64,000 nt of DNA from a virus (Duplodnaviria; Heunggongvirae; Uroviricota; Caudoviricetes). Numbering within the stretch: the stretch's first letter is position 1; each line of letters begins with the position of its first letter. A model generated the notes under the pieces. That model did not search any database. It saw nothing but the letters and a program-made list of their open reading frames with translations, and had not been told where the DNA came from. A program made the translations under genes and the position numbers. The stretch lies in IMG/VR virus record IMGVR_UViG_3300027759_003944; one strand, 5' to 3'. Shown piece after piece: positions 44,878-57,700 of this stretch.

Positions 44878-45125
44878 CGTTCATGTGCTCGGGCAAACAA
44901 GTCTGTCACAGTAATCTTCACCGGGGTTTCATACAAGTCTAGTATCACAACATCCTTGTCTTGTGCGCAGGCCAACAGCACAGTCAGTAATTCTGGTCCG
45001 GCACGCCACATTCCGCCCCCATGGGCAAATACCATACGTGCTTCATATTTTTCTTTTAGCACTCGTCGTGCGGCTGCGTGATCAAATCTTGCTCGTGCAT
45101 GAGCAACCAAGGCATCAGTGTTCAT
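44817..45125 (-). CDS. hypothetical protein (102 aa)
   Basis: ORF. Confidence 0.4.
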   Translation of the reverse strand: MNTDALVAHARARFDHAAARRVLKEKYEARMVFAHGGGMWRAGPELLTVLLACAQDKDVVILDLYETPVKITVTDLFARAHERWQEQMNAWQVEWQELNQKR

Positions 45126-45156
45126 ACCTTATTGTACAGGAGATTTAGATAAAAGT

Positions 45157-45178
45157 AAAGGGGCTGGTGCCCCTTTTG
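45157..45178 (-). terminator. rho-independent terminator (hairpin functional on both strands)
   Basis: AAAGGGGCTGGTGCCCCTTTTGG; lies 3' of the minus-strand fibre gene. Confidence 0.6.
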
Positions 45179-45179
45179 G

Positions 45180-46148
45180 TTAAGATGTTGTGGCAGTCAC
45201 AGTGGGTGTGCCCCACGAATTGGTTAGATATGTAGTTGAGGGTGGATAATATGTGACCAAAGTACAGGGTGCTGTGCCTGCTGTGCCACCCGAAGCTGCT
45301 GTGCCACCCGAAATAGGATCGCCGTCAGTACCTGACCAGTATGTTGTAATAGTAAGTGTGGTACTGCCGGCGTTGACTGCCGCATAGTATTGAAGATAGT
45401 CAGCAGTGTAAGGTGCAGTGGGTGAATATTGTCTGTAAATTTCAGTGGCAGCAGCACCCGGTGTGAGTGAATACCAACCAGCGTTGGTGGTCAGCACAGT
45501 GTTGGTGCCAGATCCGCCCACTTTAGTGGTGCCTGTGTAGCTGGTACCAGCAATGGTTTGTGCAGCACCGTTGACTCGGCCAGAAAAGTAAATATCTCCG
45601 GAACTGGCGGCCAGGGCGTTCCAGGGAGGATCGCCAGTTTGTCCTGTGCTAGTTTTGGTAGAACTGATTCTAATCAGCCCGCCAGCATTGAAAAAATATC
45701 TTGCTTGGGCCGCACTGGGAAATGTAATAGTATTAACGATTGTAATAAGCCATGAACCTGCGCCTTTACCACCGGTCAAACTGTTGGTACCAGTCCAACC
45801 AGTGTACTGTGCGCCAATAGCAGCCGCGTTGCCACGGTTGGTGGTACAGTTGGTAAGGTCAGTGTTTACTGCTGACAAAACGCTGATTGTTGCTCCTGTG
45901 GTGGGTGCTGTTCTAGCAGTGATAGCAGTGTTGGTTTGACTCCCTGCACTGGCCAGGGTGTTGACCAAGCTGGCCCATTGAGTGGCTGTGACTGTTCCTG
46001 CAGCCGACACAGTGCCAACTGCGGTTTGCCCCCAGCCTTTGTCCCCAGATCCAGTGCTCCAGATGTCATTTAGGTTGGCGCCTGCTGTGGTACTCACAAA
46101 GCCATTGTAGTCTGTGGCCTGAATTAGTCCGCCTGCTGAATATGTCAT
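45180..46148 (-). CDS. Gly/Thr/Ala-rich fibre-like structural protein (322 aa)
   Basis: Low-complexity G/T/S/A composition typical of phage fibres. Confidence 0.55.
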   Translation of the reverse strand: MTYSAGGLIQATDYNGFVSTTAGANLNDIWSTGSGDKGWGQTAVGTVSAAGTVTATQWASLVNTLASAGSQTNTAITARTAPTTGATISVLSAVNTDLTNCTTNRGNAAAIGAQYTGWTGTNSLTGGKGAGSWLITIVNTITFPSAAQARYFFNAGGLIRISSTKTSTGQTGDPPWNALAASSGDIYFSGRVNGAAQTIAGTSYTGTTKVGGSGTNTVLTTNAGWYSLTPGAAATEIYRQYSPTAPYTADYLQYYAAVNAGSTTLTITTYWSGTDGDPISGGTAASGGTAGTAPCTLVTYYPPSTTYLTNSWGTPTVTATTS

Positions 46149-46160
46149 TTAGTTTGTTCC

Positions 46161-47963
46161 TTACTTGATTGTGACTATGGCTTCAATTGTACCCAGTTCA
46201 GGGGTATGTTTGTCAACCAGGCTTCGCCCAATCACATTGAATGCTGTGGCTTCTCCGGCCTGAGCAGCACGGGCCACACCCGATCCTGCACTGACCAATC
46301 GATCACCTTTGCGTATGTATCCAGTAACTTTGACCGGTACTCGACCAGTCATGGCCACTTTGGGATGGGTATTATCTTCGCCAGCTCCACCATTCATGGT
46401 GTATGCAGGTCTTGTACTTATAACCCCAAACACATTTTCGCTTAGATCTTGGGTTGATCGGGTAATTTCTGCTGAGCCGCCTAGTTCAACCACGGTACCG
46501 GGTTCTAGCAGGTCATCTGCGGCAAAACGTTCCGCAACGTCAGCGTACAGGGCTGTGGTGGCTGTGGCAAATACTTGATTGAAATAATTGGTTGAACTTC
46601 CAATATTGCCCACTGCATTGCTGCCACTTTTGGCAATACTGCTTACGTTGGCAGTGCTCACATACAGTGTGGTGGTGTCAATTACCACAACGTTGGCTGT
46701 GCCGCCCACAGTGAAATTAACGTTGCCACCTGACACACCAATGTTGCCTTCTGTGGTACCGTTTACAAACTTGGTAACGCTGACACCCAGACTCAAGCCT
46801 GTCAGTTGTGATCCATTGCCAATGAAATATGTACCTGCAATGTTGGCTGCACTGGTCACGTTGCCAGTGGCCGAAATCAATCCAGCTGTGCGCAGGTTAC
46901 CACCTTGAACGTTGCCAGTGGCACTGAGCGTAGCACCTTGCACCAATGCAGCAGTGATAATATTACCGCCAGTGATGTTGCCAGTAGCCGTCATCACACC
47001 ACCAGTATTGATGTTTCCACCTGTGATATTGCCTACTGCACTTGCCGTTGTGCCAACGGTGACAGCATTGCTGATGGCAAATACGCCGCTGGCTCCCAAG
47101 GCCTGTGCTACCACATAAGTGGTGCCACTCACGTTGGCTTGAATATTCAAATTACCACCAGTAATGTTGCTCTTGATGTTGGCATCAGTTGTGGTGGTGT
47201 TGACGTTGAACACATTGGCTGCGCCCACACTCAAACCAGTATTGTTTAAAATAGCTACAGTACCTGTGGTCGATGTGTTGGCTGTGGCTCGCATGAAGTC
47301 AGTTGAGTCAAGATTGTCCAACAGCTGAGCGTTGGTGGCTGATCCTGCAAACACCGCACTGGCCACTGAACTAGACAATGTAAATCCAGGATAAATGGTG
47401 GGGAAGGCTGTGGCCAATGCTGCTTGTGGAGTAAACGATGAACTGTTGTAAATTATACCAACACGCACGTTGTTCACATACAAGCTGGTGATATACTTGG
47501 TGGCCCCCACATTGTCAAGAATGGTTTCAGGCACAGCACCTGATGTGCCTTGTGCTGCGGTGTATCCAGGACCTACCACTAAAAATGCAGCACCAGTATA
47601 AACTTTCAACTGTTGATTTGTGGTATCATACCACAAGTCACCAGTGACATTACTGGCGGGTTGAGTGGCAGACGCTGTGGCTGATCCAATGTTTTTAAAT
47701 GTAGTGCCAGTGTACACTTTCAACAGTGTATTGGTTTTGTCCCACCAAAGTTGACCTGTTAGTGGTGCTGGTGGTTGTGAAGTGCTTGCTCCATTTTCCA
47801 TCAAACGAATAAAGTTTTCATCTAAAAATTCACCATAACCGGCGTAATTTTTTCCCACCAATGTAAGTGGTGCGCCTGTTGCAAACCCAGCTGTGGTGTT
47901 TACTGTTCCGTCAGCAATGGTAGCAAAAACTGTACCGTCGGTTAGATTGATTGTATATGCCAT
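46161..47963 (-). CDS. tail-fibre-like protein with GN(I/V)TGGN tandem repeats and conserved C-terminal domain
   Basis: VGNITGGNINTGG...TGNITGGNIIT...TGNVQGGNLRT...TGNVTSAANIAG. Confidence 0.6.
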   Translation of the reverse strand: MAYTINLTDGTVFATIADGTVNTTAGFATGAPLTLVGKNYAGYGEFLDENFIRLMENGASTSQPPAPLTGQLWWDKTNTLLKVYTGTTFKNIGSATASATQPASNVTGDLWYDTTNQQLKVYTGAAFLVVGPGYTAAQGTSGAVPETILDNVGATKYITSLYVNNVRVGIIYNSSSFTPQAALATAFPTIYPGFTLSSSVASAVFAGSATNAQLLDNLDSTDFMRATANTSTTGTVAILNNTGLSVGAANVFNVNTTTTDANIKSNITGGNLNIQANVSGTTYVVAQALGASGVFAISNAVTVGTTASAVGNITGGNINTGGVMTATGNITGGNIITAALVQGATLSATGNVQGGNLRTAGLISATGNVTSAANIAGTYFIGNGSQLTGLSLGVSVTKFVNGTTEGNIGVSGGNVNFTVGGTANVVVIDTTTLYVSTANVSSIAKSGSNAVGNIGSSTNYFNQVFATATTALYADVAERFAADDLLEPGTVVELGGSAEITRSTQDLSENVFGVISTRPAYTMNGGAGEDNTHPKVAMTGRVPVKVTGYIRKGDRLVSAGSGVARAAQAGEATAFNVIGRSLVDKHTPELGTIEAIVTIK

Positions 47964-47991
47964 GTCAGTTACCTGTTCCTAGTTTCAATAT

Positions 47992-48600
47992 TTATACAGC
48001 ATTTATGTTGCTCAGCGTCTGTATACGCAGGGTGTAATCAATTTGAATTTGTCTATTCAAACTTTTTTGCACCGGGTGAAAAATCACATGAGTGATCAAC
48101 CGTAAATTAGTTGTACTACCATTCCATGTTTTAAGTCCCAATTCATCAAATACAAATTCTCCATTGAAATTTGTTGAATTATCAAAGGCTTGTTGTGTGG
48201 GCGGTTCGCCATAGTCCAACAAACAAGTCACAAGAATATCACTGTATACATTGCCACTGGTGTGCAGCGCAGTCATCTTGTTGTTTTCTGGATCAATGTT
48301 GGCAGCTGAGTTGTCATCAACCACTTTGGCGTAGGTTTGATTGTACAAGTCGGCGTTTTGACCAGTGGTGTTTGGGGGCAAATATGTGATAACGCCTGTG
48401 GGGTCAACTGAACTTCCACCGTTGCCAAATGCCATTTGATAGATGTAACCGGTGTTGCGATCGCTCAGAGTTTGAGCCATGGCCAAACTGATATTTTCGT
48501 AGTGAATCGCGTTCTTTTTGTCCACCAGCACTTCACCAGTTTTGGGATCGTGTATCTTTACAAATCCTTCAATTTTGCACAGTCCGGGCTGAATAATCAT
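47992..48600 (-). CDS. hypothetical structural protein (202 aa)
   Basis: ORF, ATGA coupling with upstream small gene. Confidence 0.5.
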   Translation of the reverse strand: MIIQPGLCKIEGFVKIHDPKTGEVLVDKKNAIHYENISLAMAQTLSDRNTGYIYQMAFGNGGSSVDPTGVITYLPPNTTGQNADLYNQTYAKVVDDNSAANIDPENNKMTALHTSGNVYSDILVTCLLDYGEPPTQQAFDNSTNFNGEFVFDELGLKTWNGSTTNLRLITHVIFHPVQKSLNRQIQIDYTLRIQTLSNINAV

Positions 48601-48752
48601 GCTCGTCCCTCCACGTAAGTTTTTAGGGTCTTTGGATCAAATATACGCATATGGGCTTGTACACTGATTGTGCCAGTTTCGTTGGGTCGGCGAGCAGGTT
48701 GCTCTTTTGGGGGGTTTGACTCCACCGTTTGTGTTTCAGTTTGATTTGCCAT
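48597..48752 (-). CDS. small hypothetical protein (51 aa, MANQTETQTVESNPPKEQPARRPNETG...)
   Basis: Fills gap between giant gene stop and next gene; TGA overlaps downstream ATG. Confidence 0.35.
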   Translation of the reverse strand: MANQTETQTVESNPPKEQPARRPNETGTISVQAHMRIFDPKTLKTYVEGRA

Positions 48753-48771
48753 GATCAGTTATTTATCCGTG

Positions 48772-51700
48772 TTATCTGCCGCACAAAAACCTTGCGGCCA
48801 CAGTGTCGGTTTCTTGCAAGGCCACCCCGTCGCTGGCAGTGTTGACACCTGGTTGATACCAGCTCAATCCGCGGCGTTGCAATATCAGCACTTCACTGCC
48901 AGCTGCTGGTGGCAACATGGGAGTGATGGGGTCGTTGTCAACTAGAAACTCAATAGCCAAGGGCGAAAAATCAGTTACAATATATCGATATTCACTGGTG
49001 GCCTGGGTTTCACTGTAGTTGTATTGTCTTACTCCACCCACATAGACTTCAACACTTTCTGTGTAAGCAGTACTAGAGTCGCCAAAATCTCCAATATCTA
49101 TTTTGGGGGCATAATAGATAGTTGTACTACCATCGGCTAGACTTGAATTAGACACTACGTAATTTTGGTACACTTCATTCAGCAAATTGCCTGTGCCCAA
49201 GTCATACACTTCTGTGCCAATCAGGTGCGAAGTGGCCGCTGTGCCAGCTGTGCCTCTGCGCAGGCTCGATACTGTGTTAGACACCAAGTCAATATCGCGA
49301 TACAAAATACGCTCGCCGTTAATGGTAATTGTACCAAACACACCACTGGCCAAGTTTGGTATTGATAATTTTGCAGCATCTTCAACATAAATTATGTCAG
49401 CAGTGGCTGACAATGCTTGTGCCAACACAGTGGTTGTATCAGCAGTCATACGATAAGTTGCTTGTACACCGCGCATGTCTTGGAAAATACGGAATGCTGC
49501 GGCTTCAGGTACTATACTGTCAGTAAATTCTGTTATCACCATGGTCTCTGTGGGACTGATTGCACCTGATGCCAAAATTAAATATTGGCCCTGTATGGTG
49601 TAATCTGATCCCTCAAACAGTCTTATACCATCCAATGTGACCCACAGTCTACCAGCTGTGACATCCAGTCTTTGCAGATCAAAATTGTTGTCAGGTACAC
49701 TGGTACCGATTGTGTAGTCAAAAGATCCTGGTTGATCATTAAATGATCCCGAATCATAATTGGTGCTGTCATACGGTTCATTTACTGTGAGACCGGTCAC
49801 TATTGGTCCCACAAATACCAATGTCAATGCATTTTGTTGTGCTGTGTCGTTCCAGGTAGTGACAGTAATCTTATCATTGAAATTCAATGCAGCATTAAAT
49901 TGCACCTCATCACCTGCTATTTGATATGCAGCCACGGTAGTTACACTGATCAATATCCTTGCACCAGCTGCTGGCGGTGTAGTAAACACCACTTGGCGTC
50001 CAGGTGTGTTAGTGCCAGTCCAGTTGGTAACACCATAGGTACCAACAGTTGCACCCACGCTTTGCACCTGTAGCACATTGTCTACCCATACTTGAACTTG
50101 ATCAGGTGCATAAATTAAACTTTGTTGATAGCCGCCGCGTTGTGGCAGGCCAAAACTCACAGAACTGTCATCTCCAATCCATTCTATGCCTTCCGGAGGT
50201 TGAATTCTTGCACCATTGATTTCTACTATCATGTTGGCAACGTTGGTACCAGACAAATTGGCAGTTAATGTAACTGAGTTGGTGACCAGCACATCACCAA
50301 CTGCAACAAAATTTTCAACTACTGGAGTACTCCAACTTTGGAAATCAGTTGGTACAAATTTGGCGGTAAGCTCGCCTAGCCATAGAGTTTGATCGTCTAT
50401 TAGATCAACTTCGGTTGTGCCGTTCAAACTCAATGTTATTGCATTGGTAGAATCTTCTACAATGCTGAAGATTTGATATTGTTCACTAGTCAACACACCG
50501 CCCAGGCTGTAACCTGAGAATGTCACAGTCTGTCCCACGGTGAGTGTGCTCAAATCGCCTTGCAAGATCACGGCATTGCTTGTGCCCACAACTTCTGTTG
50601 CTGGCATACTCAATGCATTGCCCAAGGCCACGACTGTGACCAAATCTGTCAAGGTCACAGTGACTGGTATCTCAACCTTGGAGTAGTTGGAAGGTACAAA
50701 TGGTAACCAATATGTGGTGTTGGTCAACAAAATACCTGGCGGTATTGTTTGAACAGCGCGATAATATGTGCCTGATGGACTGCCGGTCATTGAACCAGAT
50801 GCTGTGGTCAATGTCAACGCTGTGGTTGAACCAGCCACGTCAGTGATTAAAAACTGTGTGCCATTGGCCACGCTTAACACATAGTATGTTACACCACTCG
50901 CAATGCCACCAAACACAGTGCCAGAAAATACAATGGGTTGTCCTATTGTCAATGAACTGGTGTTATTGCACGTGATCACACTGTATGTACTATTGGTATC
51001 GGTACAAGTGATGGTGTTGTTGTTGAACACCACGTCCAATGCCTGGTATTCTGAAGTCAGCGTCCAAGGAATAGATTCTATGTATGGTGACACAAGGGGG
51101 CTGGCGACCAAACTTCCATTTACAAAGATTGGTACACTTACAATTTCTTTGTAGGCCACTGGTATGATAACATTGTTGTTTGCAGCAATGATGTCAGCGC
51201 TCAAATATGTTTTTCTAAACAGTTGGCTGCCGCCACCCACTTCGTACACATTGATATTAATGATTTCGCCACTAGCCACCCCAGAAATAATTTCAATGGT
51301 CTGATCAGCCCATTCTATAGAGTAGTTGACATCTTGTATCAAGTCTACACCAGTGGTCAAATTAGATACAAGTACTTGCACCGGCACTTGCACCAAATTG
51401 GCCCAACTGTAAATCAAAGAAATTCCTGGTTGGTATGTGTAACGAACAGAAGTTATTTGGAATCCATGCCCATTGTTATCCCAGTCTGATCCTGGACGAG
51501 TGTAAATTCGCATGTCCAACGTGTCATACTCTGATCCATTGACCAGTTCTTCAGGTGCATGCCCTTCGTATGGACCAACAAATTCTCCACCGTCCACATT
51601 GATGTCGCTGAACTGAGTGCCAAGGTAACTGTCTAAGAAACTGCTTTGATAATCTGCATCCAACAACAGTGTTGTTTGTGCTGACATGGTACCAACAGCA

Positions 51701-54700
51701 TCAGTCAGTGACAATGCAAACCCTCCCTCGGATGTGCTAACAGTAAAGGTATTAGCAGTCACAACAGAGTGTACATAGTAGGTGATTCCTACTTGTACGC
51801 CGCCAAATGCTGCCCCAGAAAATTTTACTGGATTGCCCACTGTCAATTGCAGTGTGGCACCACAAGTGATGGTGTTGTCACTGGAGTTGGTTGCTGTGCA
51901 AGCAATAATTGGATCAGTTGAGGAACTGCCCAAGAAATAATTGCCGTACACTTGCACTCCAGGATAGTCAATGCCATCTATCAATAATGGTAGTTCTAGT
52001 CCAGGACTGTTTGCAGCTGGAACATAAAGTCCAGCAGTTCTATCAACACCTGTTAGACCAGTTGCTTGAGCAGCACCCGGATAGGTATAGTTTGCGGCAT
52101 TGACCAAGGTCCAATTTTCAAGATCAAATGTGGGACCAGTAACAGCACTGCTGCCATCTGAACTGCTGGCCGACCATACTTGATTATTGTAACGCACCAA
52201 AGTACCATTCAGATAAGTGCCGGTGGTACTCCAAGTTTCAACCGCTGTTTGGTATTGATATCGGTCATATCTAATCACAGTTTTAAATGAACGTGTGAGT
52301 CCATTGATCAATCTAGGATATGCCACAGCGCCAGTGCCGTTGCCACCATCAAAAGTCACAGTGGGTGTTGAACGATAGCCTGCACCTGAATCAACAACAT
52401 TAATAGCATACACTTGTCCAATGCTGTTCAACAAAGCCACTGCCACAGCAGGACGAATTGGCACTGGATCACCAGGATTGGCAGTAATCACTACTTCAGG
52501 CGGTTCAGTATAACCAGATCCTGTGACAATCACGTCAATGGTGTCGATGCTCATTAGATAATTTTGATACCATTGACTGTAAGGCCACGATGTCCAAACT
52601 GTGCTATTACTGGGCAGATCACTTAAAATATTATTTTGTGAATTGACCGCAGTTCCATGATCATATGGCAACAATATTGGGCTAGTGTACCGAGGAACTG
52701 CCAATGCAGTGTTGTAATAGGCTGGCACATCAAAGTCGGTCATGTCACCAAACCACTCGTTGAAACCATTGTATAACAAATTAAATTCACGAACTTGCAC
52801 ATGGTATGGCTTGACTTCTTGAATGTAATCTAACACAAACTCTTGATTGTCTCGACTGTAGTTCTGGAATGGCAGCAAACTACGAATTCTGTGTTCAACA
52901 TCAATCAAGCTGGTTTTGATCAGCCATTCAGGTGCTGCAAATTCGCTCAGTACAAAGTTAAACATCAAAGTCAATGCACGATTGCGTTCAATCAACAAAT
53001 CATCAATAAAGATTTCCTGGTTGATGGCCTGGATAATTTTACGAGTTTCAATCACAGGTTCTTGATCATAGTACTGAGCATCAAATACTTCCACGTCAAA
53101 CCCAAATCGTCCCAATTGATAGTCCCACAGTTCTGCTGAAAATTCTATAGTGCCATCTTGTAATATCACTCGATCCCATCCAGTTGCTGTGCGCAGGTAA
53201 ATTTCATATTTGCCCTGAGCATTGTCTGTGACTTTTACACTGCTGCCTAATGGTACATCAATTGTGGACAATCCTGCATAATTAGGTACCTCGGCAATAA
53301 TTTTGTTGCTGGCGTTGTATCCAGGCATTACCCAATTAATATAGCTCCAGTATTGTTTGGTGTCGTAATTTTGAACTTGTGTTAGTATTAATTCTCTAGT
53401 GGCCACGGTACCACTGACCAATTGAACTGTGTAAATTGTCCATAAACCTCGATTGTTGCTGTCACTGGTCACCAGGTACTTGTAGCCCAATACAACATCA
53501 TAGATATTTTGGAATCCCAAAATATCAAGGTTGGCCACTTGTTTGTTCCATTTGCCTGATGTGGCACTGGGTTCAGGGTCTTGGCTGTTTAACAGCACAA
53601 ACTCTCTATTTTCTGAAATTGTGTATCTTGCACATACTTCATTGGCTCGTGTTAGATAATTTTTCAGTGCGGCGAATCTATCCACAAACATGCTCTGTCG
53701 TGGACGGAATTGAACACCATAACGTTCTGCCACATTGAGATTGATATCTGGCACCAAATTACCTGCAATGTCTACTCCGCAGAAACTGTCTAATAATTTA
53801 CGATATAAATTATCACTGAGAAATCCATCTGCTTGATCTTGTGCAATTAATTCGTACTCAACGTGTACATCATCATTGGTGTATTCACGATCAAACTCAA
53901 TACTGATAATGGTATCTTGTGCTGAAATAAGATCTCTAGCATTGTAAATTGCAAAGGTACTTGCATCAATCGGAGCAATATATGGTATACCACTAGCTCG
54001 AGGATTGCTAATATAGTTGGCCACTGTGCTGATTGGCAAAGTTTTGCCTTGTGCAGTTGCAGTGGTGGTCAATCCGCGTACCCAAAAATAATATTCACGC
54101 ACAAACACGCCAGTTTGATTCAACACAGTGTTAACTGTGTAACTTGTGGTGTCTCTCGGAAAGCCAGGACCTACATAGTTGGCTGGTGGCACATTGCTCA
54201 CTATCCATTGATATACATCCACTGAACTTCCTGGGAATACTTGTCCCCACCGTCGGCTGGCGTAAACAATATCATCTTGATTGGGGTCAATAAATCTCAC
54301 AGTGCCGGTATCCCACCAAGTCTGTCCTAGATATCCAGCAAACCAACTTGAACCAGTTATGTTACGAGGTCCTACATTGTAATTGGCAGGATCTACTGCT
54401 CCAATGTAATCCAAGTTTTGTTTGGCAGCACCAAGAATTTTGCCTTGCAATGGATTGAAAAAATCAAAATATGATGTAGTAGCCGAAGTGGCGCGATCAT
54501 ATGCATAAACTGAATTTAACAATCTTACGTCTACAACTGGCAGTTGTTCTCTTAGCACTGTCCATGCTGGTGTACGAGTGGCATTTTCACTTATGAACAC
54601 TCGCCCGTAATTGCCGGTCAATGTGCTGTCGCCCAGTTCATTACCAGGAGCACCGGCCCATAATAGGCCAGAAGTGTAATCAACTGCTGCACCATATCTG

Positions 54701-57700
54701 TCATATGAATTCACATTAGAATTTTGTATTTGCTGACCAAACACAAACTTGCCAGGATTGCTCAGGGTGTTAGTACTACTGGACAACAAATCATAAGTGT
54801 ATATAGATCCACTTTGCATCACCTGGTCAAAAAAGTCAGTGACTCCTTCATCAAATATTGTTTCGCCAAGATCAAAAATTACTTCAAGATACAATGTTCC
54901 CTGTGGAGCACCCACAACCAGGTTAACAGCAGAATCGTCTACACTGATGCTGGCACCAAATGAAGCAAAATCTTGCGGGTATGGACTGATTATGGTTTGA
55001 GTAAATGCAAATACATCAAATCCAAGATCTGCAAATGTAGTGCCTATGCTGCCTGGTGCCACCTGCAACTTGTTGCCAACTGCTGCGGCGGCTGAGTTTT
55101 TAACTGCCAAGGTCAACCTTCCTGACCCATCAACTGTGGCGTTGACGTTAGGCACTGCGGCGTTGATGGCTGTGGCCAAATTAGCCACAGTGTTATTGGG
55201 GCTGGCAGCTACTGCCACATCTATGTTGTCAACCCGCAAAGTATTGCCAGCAGTCAACACAGGATTGCCAACAGTGGATGTTATAATACCGTAGGTGCGA
55301 CTTTGATTGACATTGCGTTGAACCACACCACCCTTGAATGCTTGAATACCACTCTGCGGAGCGCCCACATACAGGCTGCAATTGTAACTGCAAAGATCTA
55401 GTGCTTGTCCAAAGTTACTGAATTCTTCTAGTGCGGTTTGATGCACAATCTGTGTCTGTGCAAATTGATTGGTCTCAATTTCTACTATGTCACCAATTTG
55501 TAAATTGCCGTTGATGGTGACCACGTTGCCGTTCACTGTGAATGTATTGCTGGCATGTGGTGTTGTGGCAGCGGCATTCAGCAAAAACTCACCATTTACC
55601 AACACACTCACTGGTTCAGTAACTGTGCCCAACACAGTAAAGTCTACTGAGGATGTATCTGTGCCATATATGAATTTTTGTACGTTTCTGTCATACACAT
55701 AAACCGAGCCTGCCTGCGGATACGAGTTTACCGTGGACACTGTCATGGTCAAGTTGTTGTACAACACACTGCCGCCCAACACACTGCCAAGTATGGTGAT
55801 TGTATCTCCCACAGCGTAGCCTTGTCCAGGATCTGTTACTGTGACTGAGTAGGTGTTGGCTGCTTTTGCTATGGTGAATCTGGCACCAGTGCCTGATCCA
55901 GAAGTGGAATTTTGTGAGATATTGGTGTATGTGTTGGTGCCAACTGCTGCTAGGCCCAAAGTTGACACAGCATCCAATGCACCCGAAATCAATACTTTTT
56001 CACCGCCAATTAGCACTTGACGACCATCAGTGCTGGTGCTTACACTGCTGCCAAATCTATCACCTGCTGTGCTGCCACCATAAGATATTGTGCCGGCATA
56101 TTCAAAATATCCTTCGGCACGTACCAAGATTGTGGTTCCTGCCGCAGGCACACTGCCAATAAAAGTCAAATCTTTAGTGGTTGAATTGAATGTGTAATCA
56201 ATGTTGGGACGTTGTAAAACATCATCGACTTGGACACTGAAACTGTAAATGGTATCAACTGTGAAAAAATACTCATTCAATGAGAATGTGTTGACCAATG
56301 TGCCTGCATATGTAGGAGTACCAAATATGCCAGTAACCTTGCCACCTGCCACGGTGACTTGCAGCACAATATTAGCATTGCCGTCAAAACTTGCTGCTGA
56401 TATGGTCAATGTACCTGCGCTGGGACTGCCATTTGCGTAACCTGACCCACCACTGCTCACCGACACTGTCACAGTGTTACGTAGTCTAGTCACAGTAAAT
56501 TCTGCGCCTGTGCCTGTGCCACCTGTGGCTATTACATTGTAATAAACCCCGAAATCAAGAATTTTTCGATTCACACGTTGAATTTCGACGGCTTCGCCAT
56601 CAGCGGGTGCATTGGTGAATGTCACTGTGCTGAAAGAGGAATCCACAGTGTAATCAACATTCAAAATTTGGCCAGCGCCACCTACACCAATTTGCAACTG
56701 GGTGGCAGCATTGATTTGTATTGCATCGCCAATGTAGAAAGATTTTGTTAATCCATTACCAAATGCATTTAAGAATTGTTTTTCCCAGGGCACCTGTCCG
56801 TACGCATAAACTCGGTTAACACCCGGTGCACCAATATACATCCAACGCTCGTCTAGGCTCACAGTGGCTGAGTAACCAAATTCTCCTTGATCCACACTGA
56901 CACTGTCAGGAGTGGTCAGCAGTTGCCATGGTCCGTAAGGTATGCTGCCGGGTGCGGCCAACAGTGGGTCACGATAGATCACAGCCGCATATCCATTGTT
57001 GGCTTGGCTGGCGCTGCCCAGGCTGGCTGATGCTCCGGCCACTGCCCAGTCTTTGTTGCCAAACGCAACACTATTACCAAACCCACGCACACCGGTGACA
57101 TCCAAGGTCAAGACTGAATCAAGTGGTGCCAGTGGACTAATCACAGTGTATGTGTCGCTGTCGCTGCGAACATATACATATACGCCACCTTTTCTGGGTA
57201 GTGCATCTAAAGAATACGATGTCCAGTAAGTGGTATTGGTTGGCACTGGTCCTGGTGGTGTTGGAGTTCCCAGTACACATTGATAAAATGCAGTTTGATA
57301 AGGATCACGTACAAATACAATGTCGCCTACGTTGTAAATCTCTGCTTGGCTCCATTCAGTTGCATCTACAGGGAATCTATATTGCGGGCTACCCACAATT
57401 GCGGCATACTGACGCTGTGCTTGTGCCACACTGGAACTGTACTGCTCACTTACATCAGTCAACACTGGTGCTAGTTCAGTCAAAGAAGAGAATACTTCTT
57501 CTTTTTTCAACACAGTCCACGAATCGTCACCATTGTTGTCGACCCAAACTTGAGCACCAGGCTGAATGGTGTTGGCATACGGTAAATTGATAATGTCGCT
57601 GGCCTGAGCCACACGTTGAGTCTGCAATGTAAACGCTAGTCCAGTACTGTCAACAATGGTACGACTGCCAGTAAAACTGAATGCAACGGTGATTTTTTCC

